Origin: the human T2T-CHM13v2.0 reference genome, Homo sapiens | Direction: 5' to 3' (one strand) | DNA: 64,000 nucleotides | Assembly: GCF_009914755.1 (NCBI RefSeq) | Contig: NC_060925.1 | Shown: positions 33,009 to 58,049 of the stretch, in pieces | How the letters are laid out: each line of letters opens with the position of its first letter | How positions within the stretch are numbered: position 1 is the first letter of the stretch | The notes under the pieces: generated by a model | Told to the model about the DNA's origin: nothing | The model's input: the letters and a program-made list of their open reading frames with translations, nothing else | Databases searched by the model: none | Translations under genes and position numbers: made by a program

Positions 33009-33014
33009 TTTAAT
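33009..33014 (-). terminator. NOL9: Candidate distal polyadenylation signal ATTAAA of NOL9
   Basis: Plus strand tttaat; UGUA motifs upstream and U/GU-rich tract (agttgtgtaattttatgt) downstream on the minus strand. Confidence 0.55.
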
Positions 33015-33703
33015 GATACAAAAGTTCATCTGTTAACTGAAAAGAGCTGAACAGAAACCATACATATTTTGTAAAATACACACACACACAGCAGAACCCC
33101 AGCTGAGACACCTCACAGTGTCAGTGATTACTATGTGGTGGTGGGCTGGAGGATCATTTTCTACATGTGTAAGCTGCTTATAAAATTTTAAAAGCAACAA
33201 GTGGGGGTTTATGAAAAACTTTCAGGAATGGGTTATCTATGGTGGCCGTGGAGCTTGCTTCCTCAAGGGCTCTTTGACCACAGGAAGCTTGGTAGCAACA
33301 ATTTTAAGGTGAACCTGCCAGAGGCAAGATGAGTAAGTAGCTGTGGATTCATTTAGTTTCTGCATCCCTCCAGCATGACCGTGAGTAGCACAGCCGTGGT
33401 GCCAGCCTCCTGAGTTTACCATCTCATCAGAGGCTAGCTACACACTAGGAGTTACTGACCATTTCTACATGCCGGAGACTGTGCTACATCTCTTATAGAC
33501 ATGACTTCACTTACTCCTCACCCAGGAACACTGAAGGAAGGACAATTACCCAATCTTCAAAACATAAAACAGGCTCAGGCTAAGCATCTTCCTCCAAGTT
33601 ACACCACTGACAAGTGGTAGAGCCAGGATTTGAACTCAGAGCTCTATAATCAAAGCCTGCTGTCTTATCCATGATCTTGCCATCCAAACCCAAAAACAAA
33701 TGA

Positions 33704-35270
<1,567 letters not shown>

Positions 35271-36394
35271 TCAATAATGGGATGAATCGTCATCCTGGAG
35301 AATGGTGCTGCTGCAGGTCTGACCGGCACAAGCTAGACCTGACAGAGGCCTTGGCTCCCTGTCTCCGAACCTCCTTCCCTAAACCCTGTACAGCTTCCTG
35401 GGCCAACTCTAGCCCCAGTACGGCCACCTGACCCACAGCTGATAGCTCCCTCTAGAGGCAACGATTTTTCTTTACTGATAGGGACTGAAGAAAAAGACTT
35501 GACCTTCATACAGGCCGCATTTAAAGCCTGAAGGCAAACCTAGATTGAATGCAAATGCAATTACAGGGCACCAGTTTCATTCTTCCAGAGCCTTGCTGCA
35601 AATGACCTCCGGTGAGTATAACTGTAAGATACACGAAAGTGGAGAAAGGCAAAACATTGATGGTGATGGATTGTCTTAAAATTCTTTGCAAGGCCAGCAC
35701 AGTAAAACATCATATGAATGAGCCAGATTTCAACATAAATAAGGGGCAACTAAGAAGCTAGACTCAATTGTCTCAAAGGTATCAAAACTAATCACCATAG
35801 CAAGGTTTCCTGTGCTTATTTTAAGTCCTTTGCTGTTGGGTCTAAGAGGTGCTGAGGGGCCACTGTAAAATACTAAAGACAATGATAACCAACAGTTGTA
35901 TATAAGTGTATATAAGTGTTAAAACCCACACATCCTAATAGTCTTACAATGTGATCATGCTGGGAAGATGGAATTCTGTCAAAGCGGTGGTCACAATACC
36001 AGTTTGAACCTCAGCCCCAGGAAGTATCCTGCTGTCTTAAATGCAGAAATGATGTGACCTGGTCCCATCACCCGTTTACACAAACCACTTCCAACCTAGA
36101 GGACAGAGTCGGAAGCACCAGGGAGAACGTGGAGAATGGCAGTCTGGTCACCAGCCGCCGGCACCCCCAGGAAAAAGCTCTAAATGGCAGGGTTGTTCAT
36201 AGGTGCAAGTTCAGGTCCAGCCTCCCACAGGCAATAATGGAGCTTTCCCAAGAGCTGGTCTGCCAGTCCTTCTTCCTTCAAAACAGCCCAGTCTCCAGCT
36301 CTGCCCTGTGGTTGTCTCTGGCCTCAGATCAGAAGTCAATTTGGACAAATCTACTTTTATAAGAGCCCCCAGAAGAGGTTTTCCAGATTATTAT

Positions 36395-36951
36395 TTTTTT
36401 TTTTTGAGATGGAGTCTTGCTCTTGTTGCCCAGGCTGGAGTGCAGTGGCGTGACCTCGGCTCACTGCAAGCTCCGCCTCCTGGGTTCATGCCATTCTCCT
36501 GCCTCAGCCTCCTGAGTAGCTGGGACTATAGGCGCCCACCACCACGCCCAGCTAGTTTTTTGTATTTTTAGTAGAGACGGAGTTTCACTGTGTTAGCCAG
36601 GATGGTCTCGATCTCCTGACCTCGTGAACCGCCTGCCTTGGCCTCCCAAAGTGCTGGAATTACAGGCGTGAGCCACTGCGCCTGGCCCCGAGGTTTTCCA
36701 GATTTGAAAGAAATTTCCTCAGCATAAAACCTCAGGATTAAAAAAAAGGAAGGGCTCTTGGGTCCAAATTTATATCTATCAAACCCGTTTAAATTTTTCT
36801 TTTCTTTTTTAAAAGATAAGGTCTTACTCTGTCGCTCAGGCTGGAGTAGTTGGTGTACTCCAGCCTGGAACTCCGAGGCTCAAGCAATCCTCCCGCCTCA
36901 GCCTCCCAAAGTGCTAGGATTACAGGTGTGCATGAGCCACCATGCCCAGCC
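36395..36951 (-). mobile_element. Full Alu (36395-36687) and deleted Alu (~36800-36951) in the NOL9 3'UTR (sense in the mRNA)
   Basis: Poly-T plus Alu body; TSD gaggttttccagatt. Confidence 0.92.
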
Positions 36952-37502
36952 CTATCTATTAAACCTTGATTGAATATAACAGACCAAGTACAACTGCACC
37001 AAATGGATGGGCTGTAACCATCCACACTGGCTCCAAGGAAGCAGACCGCTGGACCCCAGCTCTGCACATGGCTCAGGCAAGGCCCGTGGCGAGCCCTTGT
37101 ATCCATTATGCTTGAGATCCTGCAGGTTGGCCTTCTTCCTTCCTTCTCGGTACATTGTAATGGCCCCAGTTTCCTTATTTTTATCCTGATTCTAATAACC
37201 AGGTCCCTGAAGAACTTTCTGAGGAATCTCTGTTTTAATGGCACACAAACTGTTCTCTGCTGTTTTACTCCCTCTGGACAGCAAGTATGAGTATCACACA
37301 GAAGACTAGAACAAATTCTAGCTCATGCAGCTTTAAAAGAGAAACTTAAGACTACTATATGACATTCACGAATTACACAAAAAACACTGTTGTTAATAAG
37401 GGCACCATTCATGGCCATGAAACTCCATCATGTCTCTTGTGGTCAGGCTTGAGACAAAGCTTTCTGGTAGGAAAGTTTCTTCCCTTATTAAAAACGCGAG
37501 CA

Positions 37503-37652
37503 TCACTTCATTTTTCGACAGAACTTAGGTCTTCGGTATGGTTTCTCTTTATGTGCCTCCTCAGGTTCTCTTGCTCCAATTTTCTCTGATGCTCCAGGAA
37601 GTTTAAAATTGTAATCCGTTGTGACATAAGGTACTGTCCCTTCGATCCCACG
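37503..37652 (-). CDS. NOL9: NOL9 terminal coding exon 12 (RGIEGTVPYVTTDYNF...RPKFCRKMK*)
   Basis: Acceptor ttccatttcag|CGT; 150 nt open frame to TGA; phase 0. Confidence 0.95.
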   Translation of the reverse strand, partial: RGIEGTVPYVTTDYNFKLPGASEKIGAREPEEAHKEKPYRRPKFCRKMK

Positions 37653-38344
37653 CTGAAATGGAAACACAGAGAATGCATGGAAACACTCCAGGTCCAGCCC
37701 AGAGGGGTTTACAGTGCTCTCTCACACCTAGAAGGCAGTGTCATGGTGATGGTCTGGGTGGGGACTTCTCACTTTTAAGGCATTTGATCCCTTCCTTCAG
37801 AGCCCCCTTTAATCAACTGGCTCGGTAACAAACGTGCCAAGGCCTCCCTTCTGTCCCATTCCATCAACACAGCAAACAGCGTGAGGCAGAGTGGGGGTGC
37901 AGTGTGCGTCCCTTTCAAATGAGGGACACTGGAGGATGAGAATGGTAGGAATATCCCCCGTTCCCAGAGCCCACTCGCAGTCCCTGTGGCTGGCTCTGGG
38001 GCACACAGACGCCTTGACCTGGTCCCGTGATGCCTCTGAAGACTGTCCTCAGGAGGGCAAACCTGGGAGGGCCTCTGCTTGCTCCAACACAACCTACTCC
38101 TATGTAAAGGCTCCACCACGGGTTGCAGTGAGCCCAGATCGTGACACTGACACCACGAGGGACAGTGATTCATAGTCTCAGGCCTTGGAGGCGGCCCTGA
38201 CACCGTCTCGGCTCACTCAGGATCTACAACAAAGTATAGGTTTCCCAGATCACCCATTCCCATGACCCCTGACCCTACTTCAGCTCCTCACTTCTGTGGA
38301 CCTGAGTAGGCTCCTTCCAGGGCTGTGCCCGGGGGAAGGCTCAC

Positions 38345-38478
38345 CTGGCACTTAAGGACACAATGTGGAATGGCAATAGCTCCAACGAGCAGACAATTCA
38401 CGGTCCTTAGCTCTTCCGGGGGCACAGGGGTGAGGATGTGGTACAGCCGCTTCTCCATGTCAATGCCTCTACAGATGC
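38345..38478 (-). CDS. NOL9: NOL9 exon 11 (GICRGIDMEKRLYHILTPVP...HCVLKCQ)
   Basis: gtcttgaag|GC...CAG|gtgagc; 134 nt; phase 1 to 0. Confidence 0.95.
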
Positions 38479-38581
38479 CTTCAAGACACGCGCACAACAC
38501 AAAAATCACCCTTTTGGAAAACATCAAACTTCTCCATCGTTAGAAACTGCAGAATGGTTTTGAACATAAGTCTTTATATCA

Positions 38582-39671
<1,090 letters not shown>

Positions 39672-39899
39672 TCACTGTTCCTCCTTTATGGTCTGTGAAA
39701 ATGCTTTTGAGAAATACAGTGTTGTCCAAATCTGAAATGTGCATTTGAGGACTTTGCTAATTTGGGACTACTTAGCTCCAGCACCCTTCCAAAACTCCAA
39801 ATTTATTGACCTCAGGAAACCAGGGCAGGTCAAGGAAGTGGGGACCCAATCCCGCTGGGCACTTTGAGCCCTGGTCCAGACCCTGGATCTGAGTGACGG

Positions 39900-40500
39900 G
39901 AAGTGCCAGGCTGTGGCACAATTGCGCCTGGGTTCAGGTCATTCCTGGCTGTAGGGATGAATTTTAAGAGAGGAAGTGGAGAGTTCAGTTAAGAAACTTT
40001 TCAGTAGATGCCGGTGGCTGACTAGCATGCTGAGAAGAGGTGGAAGAAGCTGACATATTTTGAAGAGAGAAGCCACCAGACCATCTAATGGGCTGAAAGT
40101 ACCAAATGAAGGCTAGGGGATGCCAAGGAGGGGCCAGGGTCTGACCTGGATGTCAGAGTGAATCTTCCAATGGACCAAGTACGAGCCTAGGGCAAGGAGG
40201 AGAGGGTGAGGGCAGGAGGGTCCTGGGGATCCCAGGTCTGCATGCCAGTCAGGCACTCAAGTGAAGATGCACACTGACAAGATGGGTTTGGAACGCAGAC
40301 GAACAGCTGTGTTGGAGGACACTGCAAAAAGGCAACGCCTAAAATGGATTTAGAACCCAGCAGTGACTGAGACAGCCTAGGGGAGAAGTGTCGAGCAAGA
40401 AGAGGAGGGCCAAGCCCAGGCCCTTGGGAAGCCTACATTTACAGGAGCTGGCAGACGAAGCAGAGAAATAGCTGCTTCCTTCCTGGCCTCCAGCCCCTAA
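39900..40500 (-). mobile_element. Degenerate L2 LINE fragment
   Basis: Purine-rich 'gagaggaagtggagagttcagttaagaaact...gacatattttgaag' pattern typical of antisense L2; heavily diverged. Confidence 0.45.
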
Positions 40501-40638
40501 GGCGTGCTATATAGATGAGTGGGGGTTCTCTGACCTCTGTAGCTTAGACACAGCTACAAGGTCAAGACCAGTCATCTACAGTTGAAGCAGTGGATCCTTT
40601 TCAGTAGGTTTATGGATATGTTTTACTCTCAGACTCAC

Positions 40639-40816
40639 CAAAGCCCAAGCAGTCACAGATTGGAGTCTGGGCAAGCAGGATGGGCCCATTCGTGTATCCT
40701 CTGACGTCATCCTGGATCTTGCAAAGACCAACCCAGCTGGCGTTTACAGCATATAGTATATGGGTAGGGGCGACATCAGAGTGGGTAATCCGGAGTGCGA
40801 CTGCATTGAAAGGGAC
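40639..40816 (-). CDS. NOL9: NOL9 exon 10 (VPFNAVALRITHSDV...ICDCLGF)
   Basis: attttccag|GTC...TTTG|gtgagt; 178 nt; phase 0 to 1. Confidence 0.96.
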
Positions 40817-40953
40817 CTGGAAAATGAATTTGCATCTCACTCTATTCATGGCTACTTTGAAAGACCACTTAATTTCTACAACTAGATTAACCAGCTATCT
40901 AAAGATAGGTCTGCCAAAGTGCCTACTCAAAAGTATCTCTAAAGAATAAAAAC

Positions 40954-42122
<1,169 letters not shown>

Positions 42123-42789
42123 TGTGAAGTAATACAAGACAGATTTAAGTATTGGCAGATAAATCTCACATTCACTTAAAGAGCATCTCCAGATGAATAA
42201 ATGACCCATAAACTAAAACCCCATTAGCAAAGTGACTTAGACTCTCCAGGGGAGATAACTCAGAGGCCTGGAGCCCACACCACCATCGGGCCCAAGAAAC
42301 ATATCCTTGCTGCCCAGGTCTGCCGCTTCAGCCTATGTGACCTAAGGCAAATGCTTCCACCTGACAATGCCCAATGCTCAAAGCTGTAAATGAAGCACGT
42401 CTTAGCCTTTCTCTCACAGGGTGGCCATGAAGTCACTGAGCCCCTCCATGCTTCGCAGAGTGCCTGGCACAGAGCAAGCGCTCAAAACCGGACATGCTGT
42501 GCGGCAGAGCACAGACCTGGGCTCAGAGTCGGGCGTCCTGCGGCTTCAGTCCTAGCCTCAACTTTGACTACACCATTTTGGGCAAGCTGACTCCCAGTCC
42601 CTGGCCTTGCTTTTACCATCTGTAAAATGGGGATAATAACAGGACCACGGTAAGTAGTGGAGTTACACAGGCTTAGAACAGAGTACTGCACAGAGTAAGC
42701 ATTTCAGAAGTGCTACCTGCCGCTAGTTTTGTTTTTTCATCATCCCGAATCCTAACACTATCATGCTTTCCTCCCAAAACAATTATTAG

Positions 42790-43157
<368 letters not shown>

Positions 43158-43612
43158 AATGTGAAGTACTTTAAGAGTGTTCTCTGGGTGCCAGGTTCCA
43201 CTGTGAACGCTCCCTGAATCCACACGTTCACTCTCTGAGGCCCAGTAGCACCCCTGCTCTACAGCGGAAAAGTGGAAGTGCTGGAGCAGCCCCTGCGACC
43301 AGATGGGACATTCAAACCCAGCACGGACCCACACTTATCCTCAGTACAGAACCATGGCTAAGAGCAGTCACTGGAGCTGAACTGCCTGGGCCTGCATGCC
43401 AGCCCAGCCCCTAGTGCTGAGTCCCTCAGCCTCTCTACACCTCAGGTTCCCCATCTGTAAAGTGGGAATAACGACACAAGCTGTGTCACTGGGATGTTCT
43501 GAGGATTAAATGAGCGAGGAGCTATGTAGTGGTTAGGAGAGCGCCCAGCACACAGAAAACCACACAAGTGTGTAACAAAATGAAGACAATTTCTCCTGTA
43601 AGTTCAGATTAC

Positions 43613-43724
43613 CTGATAGGGTGTCAGGCTATGTAAAGGAGAAAGTGGTTTGGGCATCGGGGGCTGCAGCTGGCTAAGGTAACTCAAGATGGACAGATCT
43701 CGAAGAATTTTGTTATGTGACTCT
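43613..43724 (-). CDS. NOL9: NOL9 exon 9 (ESHNKILRDLSILSYLSQLQ...LTPYQ)
   Basis: tgcctttcag|A...CAG|gtaatc; 112 nt; phase 2 to 0. Confidence 0.94.
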
Positions 43725-44107
43725 CTGAAAGGCAAATCACAACAAGGTAAGTAGACATTTAACCCTCAACGGCCACCTCCCACACCTGTCATCACAGAGG
43801 TCACATTTTCACAGAGTACTGGGCTTTCCAACACTGCCCCCCCTTGACGGACCCCAACTGGAAAAACAGGAAGTGTAAAGACTCTCCTTTAAGTCAAAGT
43901 TGCTGGCAGCCAGAGGTAGGGGACACTTCTGGATATTTCCACTGGGAACATAACAGTTCAGAAAACAACTGGTTCGTCTTTGTGCATGCACAGCTGTGAC
44001 AGGGACCTGAAGATCTTAGAGGACTCAGGCCTTTAGAGGAATTGAGAATGGCAGGTCTTTTTCGACGGAAGGAAAAATAATTCTTCAGCCAAATGAGGGT
44101 TAGTTAC

Positions 44108-44405
44108 CTATTTCTTGGAGTTATTCTGAATGCAAAGTCTGTATAAACACCTATCAGTTTATGTCCAGTGAACTCAACTGGACTCTCTTTTTCTTCATCA
44201 GCAAATTCCAAAGCATCTGCAAATGCTGCGAGTCTGAAACGTCGATTTCTCATCTTGGTCTTGCTTTTTGTGTACAAGCCATCCATGTCATCTACATACT
44301 GCGGGGTAAGGTCTGGCATATATTTACTGTGGTCAGAGCGGAACTGAACCACGTGGCTGGGAGACAGCAATCGGATCAGATCAATGAGAAGCAGGAGCCC
44401 CTGGT
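44108..44405 (-). CDS. NOL9: NOL9 exon 8 (DQGLLLLIDLIRLLSPSHVVQF...RITPRNR)
   Basis: ccccacag|AC...ATAG|gtaact; 298 nt; phase 1 to 2. Confidence 0.96.
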
Positions 44406-44536
44406 CTGTGGGGAAGAGACATTAGCACAGCTGATACACTCAAGAACAGTGACGCGCTCAAGAACAGTGACATGCTCCTACGACAAATGGATGCATTTGT
44501 TCTAAGACAAAGAAACCATCAATACGTTGGACTTCG

Positions 44537-44849
<313 letters not shown>

Positions 44850-44924
44850 TTAACGTGAATGTCTGAAACCAACAGTACTCACACTGCCTGTCCTTCCCTT
44901 GCAGATGTGCACATGCAGGCTTAC

Positions 44925-45086
44925 CTGAAACCCATCCCATAGTGTTGACGATGAGAGGGGACTCTCTCTTGTAAGCGCTGAACACATATTTCACTATGTC
45001 AATATAATTCTCATAGTTGTTTTTACAAGAAGGTTTCCCATAATATACCATCTTCTGTGGAGTCCTCAGGTGAGTGAAAGGTGGTC
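44925..45086 (-). CDS. NOL9: NOL9 exon 7 (GPPFTHLRTPQKMVYYG...PLIVNTMGWVS)
   Basis: ctttttag|GA...TCAG|gtaagc; 162 nt; contains the Clp1-family NTxGW motif. Confidence 0.96.
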
Positions 45087-45476
45087 CTAAAAAGATAAAG
45101 ATGAGTAATCAGATGAGTAAGGTGAGTGATCAATCCTGGCTACTTAAAAGGTGGTGAGGGTTTTGTTTCAGCCGTTATCACTGACAAAGAACCTTAGGAA
45201 ATCTGAGACCATCCTACCTACAGGAACACTCTAATTCCATTTTTTGGAAATCTAAGCTTTCAACTTAACACAAAGACATGCTCACTTTCACATAAATGGC
45301 TAATGCCAATTATGTCCTAACATGGCCATTCATTCAGCGAACACACAAATCTGCTAACTGCTGGGCTTGTTCCAGTGATTTGGGACATATCTGTAAACAA
45401 AACAGACAAACATCGCCACCCTCACAGGGCTTCTATCCCAATGAAAGGGCAATGAATAGCCATGTGTGTCTTATAG

Positions 45477-46752
<1,276 letters not shown>

Positions 46753-47279
46753 TTTTAATGAGACAGATAGAAAAGGTATCTACAGAAGTACAGATCTATA
46801 TGCATACATACACATATACATATGTATGTTTGGGTTTAAATATGCAATATATGCTAGCTCTGTGCACTGAGGGGATCTAGAAACAATAACACACCAGAGG
46901 CAACAAGCGTGCACAGTACTGAAACTCTGGTTTCAATCTCTCTCCATGAAAAGGAGCCAGGGCTCTCTGGAAAAATAGCTCATTCCAAGGCTATGGAAGA
47001 GAAAGTGAAAGATGACCCCAGAACTTCCTGTTTTTCCTGAAAGTTAAGACAGTGCTCAAAAAAGGATGGAGCCATGGAGTAGCCAGGGTCAGTACAGCTG
47101 GAGAGCCCAGGCCAAGGGTGCAGTCAGGACCTAGGACGTAAGAGGAGCTCAGTAGACAGACAGGTCCTAGGAGGTGGCCGGCAGGGCAGAGCGGCTGCTT
47201 ATACATAGGGATATTGTACACATAAATTAATGTGTTCAGAATAATGAGAGCCAAGTTTTCTTGTTTTTGTTTATTTTTA

Positions 47280-48655
<1,376 letters not shown>

Positions 48656-48659
48656 ACCA

Positions 48660-52476
<3,817 letters not shown>

Positions 52477-52488
52477 GCAAGCAAGGTG

Positions 52489-52582
52489 GTACTTACTCCA
52501 GCAGCACATATACTAAAAAACTGGAATGATACAGAGAAGACTGGCAATGGGCCCCGCACAAGGATAACATATTATTTTTTTT
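52489..52582 (+). pseudogene. U6 snRNA pseudogene (degenerate, 3' part deleted)
   Basis: gtacttactccagcagcacatatactaaaaaactggaatgatacagagaagactggcaatgggccccgcacaaggataaca aligns to the first ~78 nt of U6, including the ACAGAGA box. Confidence 0.9.
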
Positions 52583-52645
52583 AAGTGATGTAGAACTGTG
52601 GATAACTGGTGAATTTTCAATAAAATCTGTAGACTGGTTAACAGC

Positions 52646-53114
52646 TTTTTTTTTTTTTTTTTTTTTGAGATAGAATCTCACTCTGTTGCCCAGGTTGGAG
52701 TGCAGTGGAATGATCTTGGCTCACTGCAACCTCCACCCCTGGGTTCATGCGATTCTCCTGCCTCGGCGTCCCAAGTAGCTGGGACTATAGGCACGTGCCA
52801 CCAAACCCAGCTAATTTGTGTTTTTTTGGGTTTTGAGATGGAGACTTGCTCTGCCGCCCAGACTGGAGTCAGTGGCTTGACCTCAGCTCATTGCAACTTC
52901 CGTCTCCTGGTCAAGCAATTCTCCTGCTTCAGCCTCCCGAGGAGCTGGGACTACAGGCGTGCACCACCATGCCCAGCTAATTTTTGTATTTGTAGTAGAG
53001 ATGGGGTTTCCCCATGTTGGCCAGGCTTGTCTCGAACTCCCTACCTCAGGTGATGCACCAGCCTCAGCCTCCCCAAGTGCTGGGATTACAAGTGTGAGCC
53101 ACCACAGGCAGCCT
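52646..53114 (-). mobile_element. Alu right arm plus Alu
   Basis: Poly-T plus Alu bodies; TSD-like ctggttaacag/ctgattaacag. Confidence 0.88.
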
Positions 53115-53461
53115 GATTAACAGTATTGATTCAGTATTAATTTCTTAGTCTCGATAGTTGTACATAAGATGTTGAAATCAGGGAAACATGTGTTTCTAAT
53201 TTACATAAAACAAAATAATTTTTGCCACCATACCCAACTAATTTCATAAAACAAAATGAGTAGCAGTTCCATTTCCTAAAATGAGAAAGCACCATAGTTT
53301 GTTTTTTGGAGGTTAGAGGAACAAGTTATGGAAAGACCATGAGTCTGGTAGGCGCATGTTCCCTTTTAATATTTTATACTCTTCGATTTCTGAGTTTTTG
53401 TTAGCATCATCACATATGAATTTCATAAAACCAAGACATTTGAGAAATATGTAATACATAC

Positions 53462-53559
53462 CCAGAACTGGTTCTGTAATATTAAGCAAAGAAATGCAAC
53501 CAGGAGGGGTAAATTCTGTCTGTCCCAGATCACATTCCAAATAGTCAACGCAGGGAAGA
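53462..53559 (-). CDS. NOL9: NOL9 exon 6 (LPCVDYLECDLGQTEFTPPGCISLLNITEPVL)
   Basis: atttgcag|T...CTGG|gtatgt; 98 nt; Clp1-family DLGQ catalytic motif. Confidence 0.96.
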
Positions 53560-53794
53560 CTGCAAATTTTTAAAAAAGAAAAAAGAAAGAAAATCCTAAC
53601 TAGCTTTACTCAGTAGAAAGGATAATCACACAGTAAAGATTTCATGTGACACGCAGGCATAATCCACCACACACAGCACTTTAGAAGTGAAGCCTCAAGA
53701 TGACAATCGCTGTTTAAAAACGAGTCCAGAGAAACGCAGTGCAGGCATGGTCACAATGTCCATTTGTAACACGGATAACAACTTGCTCTTTCAG

Positions 53795-56154
<2,360 letters not shown>

Positions 56155-56155
<1 letters not shown>

Positions 56156-56195
56156 ACACACACACACGCACGCACGCACGCACGCACGCACACAC
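56155..56195. repeat. (CA)n(CGCA)n(CA)n microsatellite
   Basis: acacacacacacgcacgcacgcacgcacgcacgcacacac. Confidence 0.92.
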
Positions 56196-56471
56196 CCCCC
56201 CACCCCGCCCCAGAACTTATAAATACAGACTCTGAGACCAAGTGTCTCCTCTTGGAAGTCTGCCTGCAGGTAAGGCAAAGTCAGCCTACGCTAGAGCATT
56301 GTCACATACTGCAAAGCAGACGGCAGTGAGGACCAGATGCTTCAGCTGGGCAGCTTTAGACCTGTATGTAATCTCTAGCTAGAAGCCAAGAAGCATTCCC
56401 TCCAAATCAAAAATCCCACTTCATGACAAAAACCTAGCAATGTGTCAAAGCCATAAGAAAAGCACTCTTAC

Positions 56472-56568
56472 CTATTTAACAAATGGTTAATCAGGTATCT
56501 ATTAAATGTTGACTTTCCAACATCCTGGGATCCACAAACTAGAATGACAGGGCAGCCATCTACTTCTT
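56472..56568 (-). CDS. NOL9: NOL9 exon 5 (EEVDGCPVILVCGSQDVGKSTFNRYLINHLLN), P-loop
   Basis: cccattcag|AA...ATAG|gtaaga; 97 nt; Walker A GSQDVGKS. Confidence 0.96.
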
Positions 56569-56690
56569 CTGAATGGGAAACAAACATTGATCGCTAGAAT
56601 TAGCCGTCTTCCTTGGACTCGAATTATGACTAATCTTCCTCTGGGGGTCTGGTGGACAGACATTCAGGGTGATCAATGTGTATTACTCAC

Positions 56691-56826
56691 CACAGGAAAC
56701 ATTGACTAACTCTTCCAGGGCTGAAAGGGTACTCTCAGTTAACTGAAGGCCTTTCCTTTTTTTCTCTCTTCTGATGCCAACAGACCTCAAGGCTAAATAT
56801 TCAGGTTTAATCTGGGGAGTTGGACT
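56691..56826 (-). CDS. NOL9: NOL9 exon 4 (SPTPQIKPEYLALRSVGIRREKKRKGL...VNVSC)
   Basis: gatttcag|AGT...TGTG|gtgagt; 136 nt; phase 0 to 1. Confidence 0.95.
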
Positions 56827-57327
56827 CTGAAATCAACAATTTAAACTTTAAGGTGAAAAAATGCATATTTTTTTCTTCAGTACTAAATTAATCAAGCCTC
56901 ACACAGTTGTGAGCCAGAGAAGATAAATTGTTTCCTCCCTTTGTCTCCTGCCCCAAAATCCAACCCATCAACAAGTGTTGCCAACTGTATTCCTGAAGTT
57001 ATCCACGTCTATTTTCAGTTTCTGCTTTCTCTCGAGCCTTCACTGCCTCCGCAGGAGACTCCAGAGAAAAAGAAAATGCCTGGTAAGACATGACTGCACA
57101 GGAAACATTCAGCAGGAGGCCCTGGCTCTAGACCAGGTGAGTGATGTAGAATCAAGTCAAGGCAACCTCTGAAAACATAAAGCAAAAACACACGGACAGA
57201 ACATATGCAAACAGAGTTGAAAGGAGGGAGAAGACAGGTCTGTGAAGTCCAGGACTGGGAAAGCAACCCAAGGAAAGGAAGAGCAGGCCCTTGCTGAGGC
57301 AGGTAAGGCTCAGTTGGAACCAGCTCA

Positions 57328-57648
<321 letters not shown>

Positions 57649-58049
57649 TTAGAAAACAACAGAACAAGGCCTTCAACAATTTGAGAAAAAAGTCTGTTGA
57701 ACCAACCATTCTACACTGTGTGCAATTATCAATCACTGAGGGCAAATCAAGAATATCTAACAAAATTAGATAATCAAGTTTACTATCTCCCTTATGTGAA
57801 AAAACAACTCCAGAATCTACTGACACATCCAGAGGGTGGGATAGGGAGGGAAGTATCCAAGAAAGAGCATAAGAAATATGAACAGTGGTGGTGAAGTCCC
57901 AGAAAAACAGATAAAGCTGAAAATAAATGAAAAAAGAATGTGGCTGCCCCATAGCATCTGGAACATTCACTTTCAGTAACCAAGGCTTGAGAACAGGCAA
58001 TTCCATCTCCTCCTCTGCAGTCCTGGTCCAGCTACTGGACTCTGCAAAA

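Noticed and set aside
52489-52582. Functional U6 gene
   Set aside because: Many substitutions, missing 3' segment, and upstream DNA is Alu with no recognisable PSE/TATA
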